Shown piece after piece: positions 1-9,860 of a stretch of 64,000 nucleotides of DNA. How positions within the stretch are numbered: the stretch's first letter is position 1; each line of letters starts with the position of its first letter. Source of the DNA: Micropepsaceae bacterium (GTDB lineage Bacteria; Pseudomonadota; Alphaproteobacteria; Micropepsales; Micropepsaceae); NCBI GenBank assembly GCA_965247505.1, contig OZ252020.1, positions 2,539,719 to 2,603,718 of the forward strand, in the 5' to 3' direction. Under the pieces are notes generated by a model. The model searched no databases, was not told where the DNA came from, and worked only from the letters and a program-made list of their open reading frames with translations. The position numbers and the translations under genes are program-made.

Positions 1-172
1 GATAAACATCGGCCGGAAATGAGGCGAGGTACTCTGCTTCCGTCATATTCCACGTGCCTTCGGGCGCCTGCGCGAGGGCAGGTGCAAGCAGATACCCACC
101 TGCAAGGCCAAGCGCCAGAGCAAGCGTAGGGGCAGAGCCAAATGCTCGTGCAAAACCAAACCGTCTCATGTC
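1..172 (-). CDS. Partial (5' end only) secreted protein, probable member of the expanded WYGESxGH paralog family. It starts at the ATG at 170-172 and runs off the window start.
   Basis: The minus-strand ATG at 170-172 is preceded by GGAGG (rc of 176-180). Translation is MRRFGFARAFGSAPTLALALGLAGGYLLAPALAQAPEGTWNMTEAEY, a signal peptide followed by Q-A-P-E-G-T-W. This resembles the mature N-termini of the other family members (PDFSGLW, PNFTGYW, ISGVWW). Confidence 0.4.
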
Positions 173-517
173 GTGCCTCCAAATAATCCAACAATCCCTT
201 GAAAATTCCACTCTCGATTTCCCAACTCCGGCCGAATTCTACGCCGGTTCGAAAGCCATGCACAAACCCTTTACCGGGCAAGTTTCGATATGAGCGGTCG
301 CCGGCTCCAGCAAAAAGAACACAAATTTAATCGTAAAATGAAATTCAACCAAAATTGACCTGTCCATCGCACGCAAAGCACTGGTGTATCTAACCGTTTA
401 GTGTGTTATAATAAGCGTCAAAGCAGCCAGACTCGGCTGGCAAATCGCTATGAGGGTGACGACCGGGCAACAAAGTCCGGAAAAACACTTTCAAGCGTTA
501 TCGAAAGGGCTAGTACA

Positions 518-1144
518 ATGCGTATTCGTCTTCTAGCGTTCGCATGTCTCACATTGGGTTTGCTTAGCTCTCCAAGCCAGGCGCAAATTATCGTCGTCGG
601 CAGTGGTGCCGCCACCGCCTGTTGGCGTGCAGCAGAATTCGGCTTGGGCAATATGAATGTTGGTTTTACAGAATGCTCTCGTGCCATAGCGCAACCATCG
701 ATCTCGTCCTACAACAAAGCAGCGACCTATGTGAATCGTGCGGTGCTTCGTATGCGTGCAGGCGATAACAGTGGCGCACTGGCCGATGCCGATGCGGCAG
801 CCGGCCTCAATCCGTATATGGGTGAGGCTCACGTTAATCGCGGGGCGGCCCTATTAAACCTGATGCGGCCGGAGCAGGCGCTTAGCGCAATTGATCTCGG
901 CCTGGATCGGGGCACAAAACGATTGCACCTCGTCTATTTCAACCGCGCAGCGGCCAAATATTTATTGGGTGATATCCCCGGCGCTTACTACGACTATCTC
1001 GCCTCGAGCGAAGCTGATCCGGAATATGCTCCGTCTATCGAAGCGCTTTCGCATTTCGAAGTCATCACGCAGCCTTCTGCGGATGCGGGCGAGGAAGTCA
1101 TCTTGGACGTTATCGCGCTTAGCGATCCCGTCGACGCGCCTTAA
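518..1144 (+). CDS. TPR-repeat secreted protein (hypothetical)
   Basis: ATG at 518 gives MRIRLLAFACLTLGLLSSPSQAQ, a signal peptide. Downstream are degenerate TPR-like repeats (AATYVNRAVLRMRAGD..., AHVNRGAALLNLMRPEQA...). The upstream extension to 401 is unlikely. Confidence 0.45.
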   Translation: MRIRLLAFACLTLGLLSSPSQAQIIVVGSGAATACWRAAEFGLGNMNVGFTECSRAIAQPSISSYNKAATYVNRAVLRMRAGDNSGALADADAAAGLNPYMGEAHVNRGAALLNLMRPEQALSAIDLGLDRGTKRLHLVYFNRAAAKYLLGDIPGAYYDYLASSEADPEYAPSIEALSHFEVITQPSADAGEEVILDVIALSDPVDAP

Positions 1145-2408
1145 TAAGGATTGCCCGGAAGTCATTGACGTTGGTGCGGGTTGGGCCCGTGCGAATGAGC
1201 GCGTCTGAGGTTTCGAAAAACCTATAGCTGTCGTTGCGCACAAGATAATCTCGCGGGTCTAGGCCGCGCGCCCGCGCGCGCGAAAGCGTATCGGGCGAGA
1301 AAATTGCGCCGGCGTTGTCCCCCGTTCCATCAACTCCATCCGTATCGCATGCGAGTGCCCATAGGTTTGAAATGGGTTCAAGCGCCAAGGCCAGGGCGAG
1401 CAAGAATTCAGTATTTGGACCCCCCATACCAATATCGCCTCCGCCATTGCCGCCAAGCGCGACGGTTACTTCGCCGCCCGAAAGCAGCACGGTTGGCGGA
1501 GCATTTCCCTCATTTAAAATTTGGCGCGCTGCGTTCGCGTGTGATGCGGCGGCACTGCATGCGTCTGCCTCCACTGCGCTATCGAGTATAATTGCGCGCA
1601 CGCCGTCCTCATTGGCTTTGCGCGCCGCTTCATTCAATGCATCCTTTGCCGTCGCGACAATAATATTCTTCACGCAATTGAAACGCGCGTGGTCTTGCTT
1701 TGGCGTTTCGAAACGCGGATCGCCGAGATGTGTCTTGACGCTTTCGGGAATTGTGACGCCATAGCGCTCCAGTACCGCGCGCGCGTCTTGGCGTGCCGTT
1801 GGATCGGGCACAGTTAGACCCGAAGCGATAACTGCCGGGTCGTCATTTGCCACATCCGAAATGAGGAGCCCATGCAGACTTGCCGGCGCCGCAGCTAGCG
1901 CAAGATGGCCGCCTTTTATCCTTGAGAGATGCTTACGAACGCAGTTGATTTCGCCTATGGCGGCGCCACGGCTAAGAAGCGCGCTTGTGATTGCTTGCTT
2001 GTCTTTTAGTGAAATTCCTCCGGCAGGGAGGCACAATAGTGACGACCCTCCGCCCGAGCCCAAAAAGAGCACCAAATCGTCCTTAGAGAGTCCTTGGACA
2101 AGCGCCAACATCTTGCCGGCGGCGGCTATTCCGGCTGCATCCGGAATCGGATGAGCCGCCTCAAGCACCTCGATGTTTCGACACGCAACAGAGTGTCCAT
2201 AACGCGTCACCACAAGCCCGGACAAATCGCCTTGCCAATGTTCCTCTACGGCACGTGCCATGGAAGCAGCCGCTTTGCCGGCGCCCACGACGACCGTCCG
2301 ACCTTTTGGGTGCGATGGGAGATGAGGCGGCACACAAGCCATAGGGTCGACGGCGAGAAGCGCAGCGTTAAACAAACCTTCGAGAAAGTGCTGTGGATTC
2401 GTGCTCAA
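1119..2408 (-). CDS. Glycerate 2-kinase / hydroxypyruvate reductase-like (MOFRL family, TtuD/GckA type)
   Basis: 429 aa with the VVVGAGKAAASMARAVEE and LGSGGGSSLL motifs typical of the MOFRL glycerate kinase family. It lies adjacent to a tartronate-semialdehyde-reductase-like gene. Confidence 0.75.
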   Translation of the reverse strand: MSTNPQHFLEGLFNAALLAVDPMACVPPHLPSHPKGRTVVVGAGKAAASMARAVEEHWQGDLSGLVVTRYGHSVACRNIEVLEAAHPIPDAAGIAAAGKMLALVQGLSKDDLVLFLGSGGGSSLLCLPAGGISLKDKQAITSALLSRGAAIGEINCVRKHLSRIKGGHLALAAAPASLHGLLISDVANDDPAVIASGLTVPDPTARQDARAVLERYGVTIPESVKTHLGDPRFETPKQDHARFNCVKNIIVATAKDALNEAARKANEDGVRAIILDSAVEADACSAAASHANAARQILNEGNAPPTVLLSGGEVTVALGGNGGGDIGMGGPNTEFLLALALALEPISNLWALACDTDGVDGTGDNAGAIFSPDTLSRARARGLDPRDYLVRNDSYRFFETSDALIRTGPTRTNVNDFRAILIKARRRDR

Positions 2409-3304
2409 CTCTTTGCGGCCAATGAACCCAATTCGTGATTGGCAAGACCCTCGAGAACTTTAAGAATAGCGGAATCGTCAAGCGCCCCGTCTCCGGCGGC
2501 CAGCGCGGCATTGAACATCTCCTGGCACAGGGCCGTGTGGGGCAGGGACATCTGCAGCCGTTTCGCGCCATCCAGTGCGATCGCCAAGTCTTTGTGATGA
2601 AGCTCCAGTTTAAACCCAGGCGTAAATGTGTGACTGAGCATACGCAACGCGTGCACTTCTAAAATACGCGAGCCCGCAAACCCGCCCATCAGCGCTTCTC
2701 GCACCTTGGCCGGGTCTGCCCCAGCTTTGGAAGCAAAGAGGAGCGCTTCCGAAATTGCCGCAAGTGTCAGCGCAACAATGATTTGGTTTGCAACCTTCGC
2801 CGTCTGTCCGGCACCGTTTTCGCCGATGCGCGTGATCGATTTCCCCATGATCGCGAAAAACGGTTCTATCTTCTTAAATGTCTCCTCCGGCCCGCCGACC
2901 ATGATCGTCAGCGTTCCGGCTTTGGCGCCGATATCACCACCTGAAACCGGCGCGTCGAGATAGGAACAACCGAGCTTTTCGATCCGCGCTGCAAAATCGC
3001 GCGTCGCAATGGGTGAGATCGAACTCATATCGACAATGATTTTTCCCGGAGACAGACCGGCAGCGACACTGTCTGCGCCGAATAGCACCTCTTCCACATC
3101 CGGCGTGTCGGAAACAATTGCAAAAACGATCTCGGATTTCTCCGCGACTTCTTTTCGCGACTCGCAGGCAATACCGCCTAGATCAAGAAGCTCTTGCGGT
3201 ACGCCGCTTCTGTTGTGAAGAAAAGCGCGGTGTCCAGCATCGATCAGGCGCCCCGCCATGGGATGGCCCATCAGGCCAAGTCCGATAAATCCAATGTCCG
3301 TCAT
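2405..3304 (-). CDS. 2-hydroxy-3-oxopropionate (tartronate semialdehyde) reductase / 3-hydroxyisobutyrate dehydrogenase family
   Basis: N-terminal NAD-binding motif IGFIGLGLMGHPMAGRL, 299 aa. Its stop overlaps the downstream glycerate kinase start by 4 bp, which suggests an operon. Confidence 0.75.
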   Translation of the reverse strand: MTDIGFIGLGLMGHPMAGRLIDAGHRAFLHNRSGVPQELLDLGGIACESRKEVAEKSEIVFAIVSDTPDVEEVLFGADSVAAGLSPGKIIVDMSSISPIATRDFAARIEKLGCSYLDAPVSGGDIGAKAGTLTIMVGGPEETFKKIEPFFAIMGKSITRIGENGAGQTAKVANQIIVALTLAAISEALLFASKAGADPAKVREALMGGFAGSRILEVHALRMLSHTFTPGFKLELHHKDLAIALDGAKRLQMSLPHTALCQEMFNAALAAGDGALDDSAILKVLEGLANHELGSLAAKS

Positions 3305-3327
3305 TCTGTCTGCTCCTCAGACCAGAT

Positions 3328-4464
3328 TCATATCTGGTGTACCAAGCGAATTTCCTGTCCAAGCCGCGCAGACTCCAGAACGGCTGCGCAAATCTCCAAG
3401 ATGGCCGCGCCCCAGTGACCTGTGTGGACCACGCCCCCTTCCCCACTGATCGCATTTGCAAACTCTTCCAGCACCAAATATCTGGGCGATATATTGCCTT
3501 CCAGCTTAACTTCCTCCCGGCCCTTGTCGGTGTAAATGATTAGGCCATCAGGCGATTGCCTCATTTCCCCACCCGCGCAGCTGACAATCGTCAAACCGAA
3601 ATGCGGTTGATGCGGTGCGCGGTCTGGAATGGCGTTTATGGCGCGGTCTTGCTTTCTTCGACGCTCCGCTTCTTCGTCACCTGGATTTTGAGCCTTTTGG
3701 TGCGGGCGGGCTTGGGTTTCCACAGAGCCCCATTCACCAATGCCGCCGGTGAGTTCCGTGGACAAAAAGCGCCCATAGCCATTGTAAATGGCGGTTCCCA
3801 CCGCTCCTCCGCTAAATTTAAGCATTGCCACTTGAGCGCCAATAGTTGGGCGCAAAGGGTCCCAGTCAAATGTCGTAGCGGACACCGATTCCACCGGCGC
3901 ACCCACGAGATAGCGCATGATATCGAATTGATGCGATCCCTGCCGGAAAGTAACGCTGCCGCCTAATTCCGGCTGCAGCTCGGCAGCGCGACGCGGGCGA
4001 TAGACCCAATCGCTATAGCACCAGTTATGAATCATCCGGATCTCGCCTAGGCGACCCGAAGAAATAATTTCCCGCATGGAATGTATGGGTAAATCATGAC
4101 TATGCGAGTGTCCCACGATCAGCGAAAGTCCAGCCGCGTCGGCGGCTTGGGCCATCTCCAACGCATCGGACACGCTTGTCGCAACCGGCTTCTCAACCAA
4201 CACATGCTTTCCCGCCGCGAGAGATGTGAGCACATGATCGTGGTGTAAATCGGTTGGCGTAGCGATATAGACAGCGTCAAGCGATTCATCGGCCAGCATC
4301 TCATTCAGATCGCCATGCGACTGAATACCAAGTTCACCAAGCGACTCGCGTGCTTTGGGCGAGATATCGCATGCTGCCGCGAGATCGAATTTAGGATGCG
4401 CAGATATTGCCGGTAGGAATGCTCGCTCCGCTGCGCCCAAGCCAACAAGACCAATTCTGATCAA
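3328..4464 (-). CDS. Gfo/Idh/MocA family NAD(P)-dependent oxidoreductase
   Basis: N-terminal Rossmann motif MIRIGLVGLGAAERAFLPAI and the EKP motif (HVLVEKPVA) typical of Gfo/Idh/MocA enzymes. Confidence 0.7.
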   Translation of the reverse strand: MIRIGLVGLGAAERAFLPAISAHPKFDLAAACDISPKARESLGELGIQSHGDLNEMLADESLDAVYIATPTDLHHDHVLTSLAAGKHVLVEKPVATSVSDALEMAQAADAAGLSLIVGHSHSHDLPIHSMREIISSGRLGEIRMIHNWCYSDWVYRPRRAAELQPELGGSVTFRQGSHQFDIMRYLVGAPVESVSATTFDWDPLRPTIGAQVAMLKFSGGAVGTAIYNGYGRFLSTELTGGIGEWGSVETQARPHQKAQNPGDEEAERRRKQDRAINAIPDRAPHQPHFGLTIVSCAGGEMRQSPDGLIIYTDKGREEVKLEGNISPRYLVLEEFANAISGEGGVVHTGHWGAAILEICAAVLESARLGQEIRLVHQI

Positions 4465-4477
4465 AACGGATTCCTCA

Positions 4478-4567
4478 CCAACTTGTTGGGGACCAACTTG
4501 TTGGGGACCAAATTGTCGGGGGCCAAAGTGCCAGGGGTCAAAGTGCCAGAGCTCAAATTGCCAAGTG
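4478..4567. repeat. Six degenerate tandem copies of a 15-bp unit (CCAACTTGTTGGGGA consensus). They lie immediately upstream of the start codon of the MocA-family oxidoreductase gene.
   Basis: Units at 4478-4492, 4493-4507, 4508-4522, 4523-4537, 4538-4552 and 4553-4567, read directly from the sequence. The first two are identical and later copies degrade progressively. Confidence 0.8.
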
Positions 4568-4596
4568 CGGATATGTCATTCGCCGAAGTTGATGTC

Positions 4597-5910
4597 TTAG
4601 GCTTGAGATCTAACCTTATCTTGCGCTTGCGCGGGTTCATATAACTCAACCAAATCATCTAAGATTGGCGCGTAACGCACATGGGTGCGCGCCAACCAGC
4701 TCCTCATGCCTTCACTATTGTGATGCTTCTTACGTTCATTGGGAAGATCGATCCGCTGATTGTTAGCCTCGTCGCGGATCGTCATTATGGGATCCTCACC
4801 TGCCTCGACTTTTTCCATCTCCCGAAAAAGCATGCGCCGATATATGGCGACACCCTGATCGGACGAACCCAAATTCTCGCGCGTCCTGTCGGCTATTTCT
4901 CCCTGAGAAATCCAGGCCATCATGTCCTGTCCATCGACATTATCTACAATATGCTCACCGTTCTCGTCCCAGATAGGGACCTCATAGGTATGCACTTTAT
5001 CTGTCAGATGGGCCGGCACGCTTGCACCGCGGGGCGGCACATAAGCCGTGTACCAAATGTGTAGCGTGTGGGTGTCGTCCACCGGCACTCTAATTTGGAA
5101 GGCATAATACCGAGAATTCTCATCACCGTTTCCAACGGAAAGGATGTTCGGAAACACGATTGGGTGGCCTATTTGCCAGTCGTCCGAATCCTCCGACTGG
5201 CCGGCCAGCAAACGATGCTTGGTAATGCCATATTCAAATTCCTTGAAGGCAATTTTTAGATGCGGAGCGCTGATCGCAACTTTAACACCCTCTTTTTCCT
5301 TCACGAATTCGTAAAGGTGACCGTGGAGCCATTCGGTGTGTACTGGGTCCAGTGAATTTTCCATGGCTTGAAGCCAGTTAATTGGAAGCATCGTACGGCC
5401 CACCATTCGGATACAGCCGTCTTCGACAAAACCGTCTAACCGCGGAAGCAGCGGAACAGGTTCCGGCCCCATATAGGCGAAGATTAATCCACCAAGTTCC
5501 TGAACCTTGTAAGCCCTCGCTTTGACGTTTTGATGAAAGGATCTGTTGCCAAGCGGGTTTGGTTGCTCAAGACACGCGCCGTCACGGCCAAACACCCATC
5601 CGTGATACGCGCAGCGTATCCCTTCATCGGTTGGGATGCCGTTCACCAGCGATGCGCGCCGATGGGGACAATGACGCTCCAAAAGCCCCAGCTTCGAGCT
5701 ACGATCGCGGAAAAGCACTAGATCTTCGCCTAAGAGCCTTATGGGTATGGCCCATTTCTCTTTTAAGTCGTCAACAACGGCGATTGGATGCCAATAGCGG
5801 CGCATGAGATTCCCGGCTTGGGTTCCGGGGCCGATTCTCGTCAGTGCAATATTTTGCTCGTGTGTAACCGTCACCGCACGCCCCTTCTTAAAGTCCTCAC
5901 GCCCTACCAC
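4597..5910 (-). CDS. Rieske non-heme iron aromatic-ring-hydroxylating oxygenase, alpha subunit
   Basis: Rieske [2Fe-2S] motif CPHRRASL...(17 residues)...CAYHGW, followed by a catalytic domain with conserved His/Asp residues. 437 aa. Confidence 0.8.
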   Translation of the reverse strand: MVGREDFKKGRAVTVTHEQNIALTRIGPGTQAGNLMRRYWHPIAVVDDLKEKWAIPIRLLGEDLVLFRDRSSKLGLLERHCPHRRASLVNGIPTDEGIRCAYHGWVFGRDGACLEQPNPLGNRSFHQNVKARAYKVQELGGLIFAYMGPEPVPLLPRLDGFVEDGCIRMVGRTMLPINWLQAMENSLDPVHTEWLHGHLYEFVKEKEGVKVAISAPHLKIAFKEFEYGITKHRLLAGQSEDSDDWQIGHPIVFPNILSVGNGDENSRYYAFQIRVPVDDTHTLHIWYTAYVPPRGASVPAHLTDKVHTYEVPIWDENGEHIVDNVDGQDMMAWISQGEIADRTRENLGSSDQGVAIYRRMLFREMEKVEAGEDPIMTIRDEANNQRIDLPNERKKHHNSEGMRSWLARTHVRYAPILDDLVELYEPAQAQDKVRSQA

Positions 5911-6073
5911 AGCCTAAGTATCCGACGATTTGCCCTCGCCCCGGACTATTGTGATGCGCATAAGAATATTGTTATGTGATTAACAAAATCACGTGCTCCG
6001 GGTCAAGGCTAGGCCGGGTTTGGATGGAGCAATGAATTAATTGGCCGGTGAAAAAAGAGGCTGCCTCTCTCAA

Positions 6074-6559
6074 ATGCCACATGCGCGCCGCAGCCAAAGG
6101 CAAACCGTCGAATCCAAACAATTCGACAGAGCCGCCCACCTTCTCAAACTGGCAAGCAAAACCACCGCTCGCGCGATGCAGGATCGGCTGGCGCAATATT
6201 CGGTGGCCTACGGCCATTGGACGTTCTTGCGAATATTGTGGCGCGAGGAAGGTCTAAGCGTAACGGAGCTCAGCAAAAGGGCCAGTGTCGCCAAGCCGGC
6301 AACCGTTACAGCAATCCGTTCGATGGAGGATCTTGGTTATGTCCGCCGTAGGAAAAAAGGTACAAACCAAAAAAACATCTACATTGATCTCACGGCGAAC
6401 GGTCGGGCATTGGAAAAAATCTTAGTCACGCTGGCATTAGAGGTGAATGAATTAGCGATGCGCGGAATAAGTAAGGCGAACCAAAAAATCTTCAAAGAGG
6501 CTTTGACTTCGGTCATTCACAATCTTGAATCCGAATCCGAGCTACCGCCAAGCAAATAA
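6074..6559 (+). CDS. MarR family transcriptional regulator
   Basis: Winged-helix region LSVTELSKRASVAKPATVTAIRSMEDLGYVRRRK...DLTANGR is typical of MarR. It is divergent from the Rieske oxygenase gene. The ATG at 6074 is preferred over the TTG at 6041. Confidence 0.7.
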   Translation: MPHARRSQRQTVESKQFDRAAHLLKLASKTTARAMQDRLAQYSVAYGHWTFLRILWREEGLSVTELSKRASVAKPATVTAIRSMEDLGYVRRRKKGTNQKNIYIDLTANGRALEKILVTLALEVNELAMRGISKANQKIFKEALTSVIHNLESESELPPSK

Positions 6560-6911
6560 AATATGCATGGTGTTTTATCTGGGTTTAAGACCGCCAGCTA
6601 CCGCCCGCACTGTACCGAACTCGGATTTCTTAGCTCAGGCGCAAGCTGTGCGCTTGGCGCCGAAGCGGACATGGCGCTTCGCTCTGCAGAAATGGATTGC
6701 TCATCAGGAATACCGTCTCAGGCAGTCGACACAATTTTTAGAAGGGCGAGGAAAAGAGTAGTGCGTCGTAAGCCATACCGAGACAGACATAGCCCGCAAT
6801 CAACGCTATCGCGAAGACGAGTCGCGCAAGTGACCCTTTAGTGCCGTTTAATTGCATCGCTAAATACTCCTTGGCGTCGCGAGCCTCAGCTCACAATCAA
6901 ACGCGTCTCGT

Positions 6912-7397
6912 TCAGGCAGTGTATAATTGACCAACATAGGCGGTGAGCCGCCCCATGATTAGAACGCCCGCCCAAAAAAGCGCCGCGACAGTGGCAAACC
7001 TTATGCCGTTGGCCGAGACGCTGTTCGTCTCCTGCCAGCCCTCCGCTTCGCGCTTCAAGATTATCTGAAGATAAAGGGTGGCCGCTATACCGGCGACAAC
7101 CAGGCCAAGCTTCCACTGGAAAAGGCCGTCACCCAAATAGCGTGCAGGCTTAGTCAGAAACAAGGAAAAGCCGCTCAACGCCTGGACCACGACGCCGATC
7201 CAGATGAGTGGAATGAGCCTCTGCATCAAAGTATAGGGAAGCGGGCGGAAGGTCCCCAACATTCGCAAGGCAATGATGACAATGATGCCGATGACAATTG
7301 CGTTCCCAAACGCATGGATGGTCAGCATGATCGCCCATCCATAAATCGATTCTAGAATCCAAATTGCGTAGGGTGTATTGCCCAGCCATTCGAGCAT
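6912..7397 (-). CDS. Hypothetical integral membrane protein
   Basis: 161 aa with at least four hydrophobic helices. It is co-directional with two other membrane protein genes. Confidence 0.45.
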   Translation of the reverse strand: MLEWLGNTPYAIWILESIYGWAIMLTIHAFGNAIVIGIIVIIALRMLGTFRPLPYTLMQRLIPLIWIGVVVQALSGFSLFLTKPARYLGDGLFQWKLGLVVAGIAATLYLQIILKREAEGWQETNSVSANGIRFATVAALFWAGVLIMGRLTAYVGQLYTA

Positions 7398-7438
7398 TGT
7401 TCACATTCCTCGATTGTTATGTTCCAAATCCAGATCTG

Positions 7439-7543
7439 TTAGTGATCGCCCTTATCCGCAGCGTTGTTCAACATAAAAATTCCGGCGAATATCGCACCGA
7501 GTGCGACGACCGCGAAGGCGACGACCAAAAGCAGCAATTGCAT
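7439..7543 (-). CDS. Small hydrophobic protein (34 aa) absent from the ORF track
   Basis: Minus-strand ATG (rc of 7541-7543) to TAA (rc of 7439-7441). Translation is MQLLLLVVAFAVVALGAIFAGIFMLNNAADKGDH. It lies between two co-directional membrane protein genes. A small-membrane-protein call is tentative. Confidence 0.3.
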   Translation of the reverse strand: MQLLLLVVAFAVVALGAIFAGIFMLNNAADKGDH

Positions 7544-7558
7544 ATGTAAGGCCTCCGA

Positions 7559-8962
7559 TTACAGATAGGGTAGCAGGCGTCCGCCCATGATTACGCCGGT
7601 CCAAGCCGCGAGAATTAGAATAGACGTCAGTTTAGCGCTGATCGCGGCATCGTCGCCCGCCTTTAAACTCCAAAGGTGGCTCGACGTGGTGTAGTAAAGT
7701 GCCGCCACGCCGCCGATGGCGAGAAACGCGACCTTGGGCGCAAATGTCGTATTGTTCACATAGCGATAGGTGTCGGCCAACAATATAAGCATGCCGCTGA
7801 ATACGTTTATCAGAAATCCAAAGAAGGCGAGCGGAAGCACGCGATGGACGGACGAATAGGGTAGGAATTTCCAAAGACCCAAAATACGCAGCGTAATAAA
7901 CAGCACCGAGCCGAATAAAAGCGAATAGCCGAAGAAATGCAGCGTCTGCCAGGGCACGAACCAGGTGATGTTATTGATCGCCGTTTCGATGGCGGGGCTC
8001 CAGAAACCGGTAATGGCATCTTCGGGAAAGACATCCGATGCCGAGCGTATTTCGGGGTGACTAATAAGGCCGCCGCGATGCCCGGTTTCCGCCATGATGC
8101 CTAATGTGATCAGCGCAGAGCCCAAAACGACATAAAGGGCGCGATTGCAAAAACGCTCGACATGCCGGTAGCGCCATAGCTCCATCCAGGCCAAACCGCC
8201 GGTGATGGCCAGGCCGAAAAGCGTCAACAACGCCATGTCACGATGGGCATTAATCGCGCTTGCGGAAAACTCAGGAATCGGCGGCAAGGTCAGCGCCCAC
8301 ATGGATGCCGCGCCCGTGACATAAGTCGGAGCGCCCAGAACAGCGCAGATTGCGAAAATCGCTAGCCCAATTCGTTTTAACGTGTCGTCATCTTTTAGAA
8401 GCGCCGTGATGAAAAGCGCTAGACCAATCACAAACCCAGCTGTTGGGAAGTGATTTAAAATCATATGGACATGCGACCAGCTTTGCGGAGTTCCACCGGA
8501 TTCAAAATCCGGACTAAGTTCGATGTGATTAATTTCCCAACCATTTAGTCCGACCAACGCCATCAAAGCGAGCGTAGCGACCGCCAAGCCCAGAACGACA
8601 AGAAGGATTTGGTTGGAGAGCTGCCCACCGCGCCGAATACGCCAGATCTCATAGGCGCTCGCGACGCCCGTGGCGACCAATATGGCAAGCGCCACCAATC
8701 CCCAATTGTAATGCGTGTCCATCATGGCCTGAGAAATATCAGGGACGGTGGAAAGCGCCGTCATCGAGCCGAGGCCGCTGACATAGGTCGGAATAGCCAA
8801 TAGCCCCAGAACACCAAAAAGTACCAGGCAAATCCGTTTGGTCAGCTCGCTATTGGTGATGAGCCCGGTGAGATAAGCGCCGAGAACAAATACAAGCCCG
8901 ATAGATGGAAATATGCTGACCAGAAGATGAAGATGCGACCAAGATGCCGGAATAATATGCAT
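7559..8962 (-). CDS. Polytopic membrane protein of unknown function with an internal duplication
   Basis: 467 aa with about 12 predicted TM helices. The internal repeat PTYVSGLGSMTALSTVPDISQAMMDTHYNWGLVALAI versus PTYVTGAASMWALTLPPIPEFSASAINAHRDMALLTLFGLAI indicates a tandemly duplicated domain. Confidence 0.55.
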   Translation of the reverse strand: MHIIPASWSHLHLLVSIFPSIGLVFVLGAYLTGLITNSELTKRICLVLFGVLGLLAIPTYVSGLGSMTALSTVPDISQAMMDTHYNWGLVALAILVATGVASAYEIWRIRRGGQLSNQILLVVLGLAVATLALMALVGLNGWEINHIELSPDFESGGTPQSWSHVHMILNHFPTAGFVIGLALFITALLKDDDTLKRIGLAIFAICAVLGAPTYVTGAASMWALTLPPIPEFSASAINAHRDMALLTLFGLAITGGLAWMELWRYRHVERFCNRALYVVLGSALITLGIMAETGHRGGLISHPEIRSASDVFPEDAITGFWSPAIETAINNITWFVPWQTLHFFGYSLLFGSVLFITLRILGLWKFLPYSSVHRVLPLAFFGFLINVFSGMLILLADTYRYVNNTTFAPKVAFLAIGGVAALYYTTSSHLWSLKAGDDAAISAKLTSILILAAWTGVIMGGRLLPYL

Positions 8963-9386
8963 GAAGCCCCCGAGCCCGATTGACGCCGGACCGTCTTATT
9001 GAAGTGCGCAGTGTAGAATATCGGGTCGATATTGGTGCCCGGTCAACGGAATTATTGTCTCGGAGCTGGGAATGTGGGCTTGCGGGAGACAATTGAGCGC
9101 CCGGCGTAATAGGTCATGGATGCTTCCTGCCATATGCAGGCATTGCCCTGGTGAGTTGTGGCGACCGCAAAGTACCGCGGTCTCAGTATAATGGTGGCGG
9201 GAGAAATCAGCGCGGCTTCAGCGCGTTGGGGAAGACGGAATTGTCGGTTCGTGGATCGCGAGCATCCAGCCTCTTGCGATCTTGCTGTTGGCCGGGGCGA
9301 CAAACGCTCAAAGCGGCGTAGAGATGCCCCAGCCCTTCTGCTAGGATAAAGGCGCCCAAGAATTAGTCGGTTAGCGGGGGAACGCT

Positions 9387-9860
9387 ATGGCAATTGATCT
9401 CAACGTGAATGGGGTTCAGCATTCAGTCGATGTAGCGCCGTATACGCCGCTGCTCTGGGTGATCCGGGATCACTTTAAGCTGAAAGGGACCAAATTCAGC
9501 TGCGGCATCGCCCAATGCGGCGCCTGCACGCTGCATATCGATGGTCAACCAGCGCGCTCCTGCAGCGTTCCGGTCTCGGCCGCGGCAGGCAAGGCCGTGA
9601 CCACGATCGAAGGCGTATCAGCCGATGGTTTGAATGCCGTGCAAGAGGCATGGGTCGAGCTCGACGTCCCGCAATGTGGCTACTGCCAATCGGGTCAAAT
9701 CATGAGCGCGGTCGCATTGCTTCGCAGACACCCAAATCCGAGTGATGCGGATATCGACGCCGGGATGACCAATGCATGCCGCTGCGCAACCTATTACCGC
9801 ATCCGCCAGGCAATCCATTTGGCTGCCTCAAAGATTTCCGCGGAAGGGGGGACGCTGTGA
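9387..9860 (+). CDS. (2Fe-2S)-binding small subunit of a molybdenum hydroxylase (IorA / aldehyde oxidoreductase small-subunit type)
   Basis: Two [2Fe-2S] cysteine clusters, [12 protein letters not shown] and the [11 protein letters not shown] motif. 157 aa. Confidence 0.85.
   Translation: MAIDLNVNGVQHSVDVAPYTPLLWVIRDHFKLKGTKFSCGIAQCGACTLHIDGQPARSCSVPVSAAAGKAVTTIEGVSADGLNAVQEAWVELDVPQCGYCQSGQIMSAVALLRRHPNPSDADIDAGMTNACRCATYYRIRQAIHLAASKISAEGGTL

Noticed and set aside
54-293. 79-aa plus-strand ORF at the window start
   Set aside because: It is antisense to a better minus-strand gene start (RBS, signal peptide and family motif at 1-172). Its composition is low-complexity Ala/Arg, typical of a wrong frame in GC-rich DNA.
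4461-4658. 65-aa minus-strand ORF covering the 15-bp tandem repeat array (encoding LVPNKLVPNK-type repeats)
   Set aside because: It overlaps the 3' end of the Rieske gene and ends at the oxidoreductase start in another frame. It has no RBS, and the repeats decay in a way that does not preserve a peptide repeat. Treated as non-coding.
6563-6841. 92-aa ORF downstream of marR
   Set aside because: Arg-rich low-complexity translation with no RBS. It sits in a spacer before a convergent membrane gene. Treated as intergenic.
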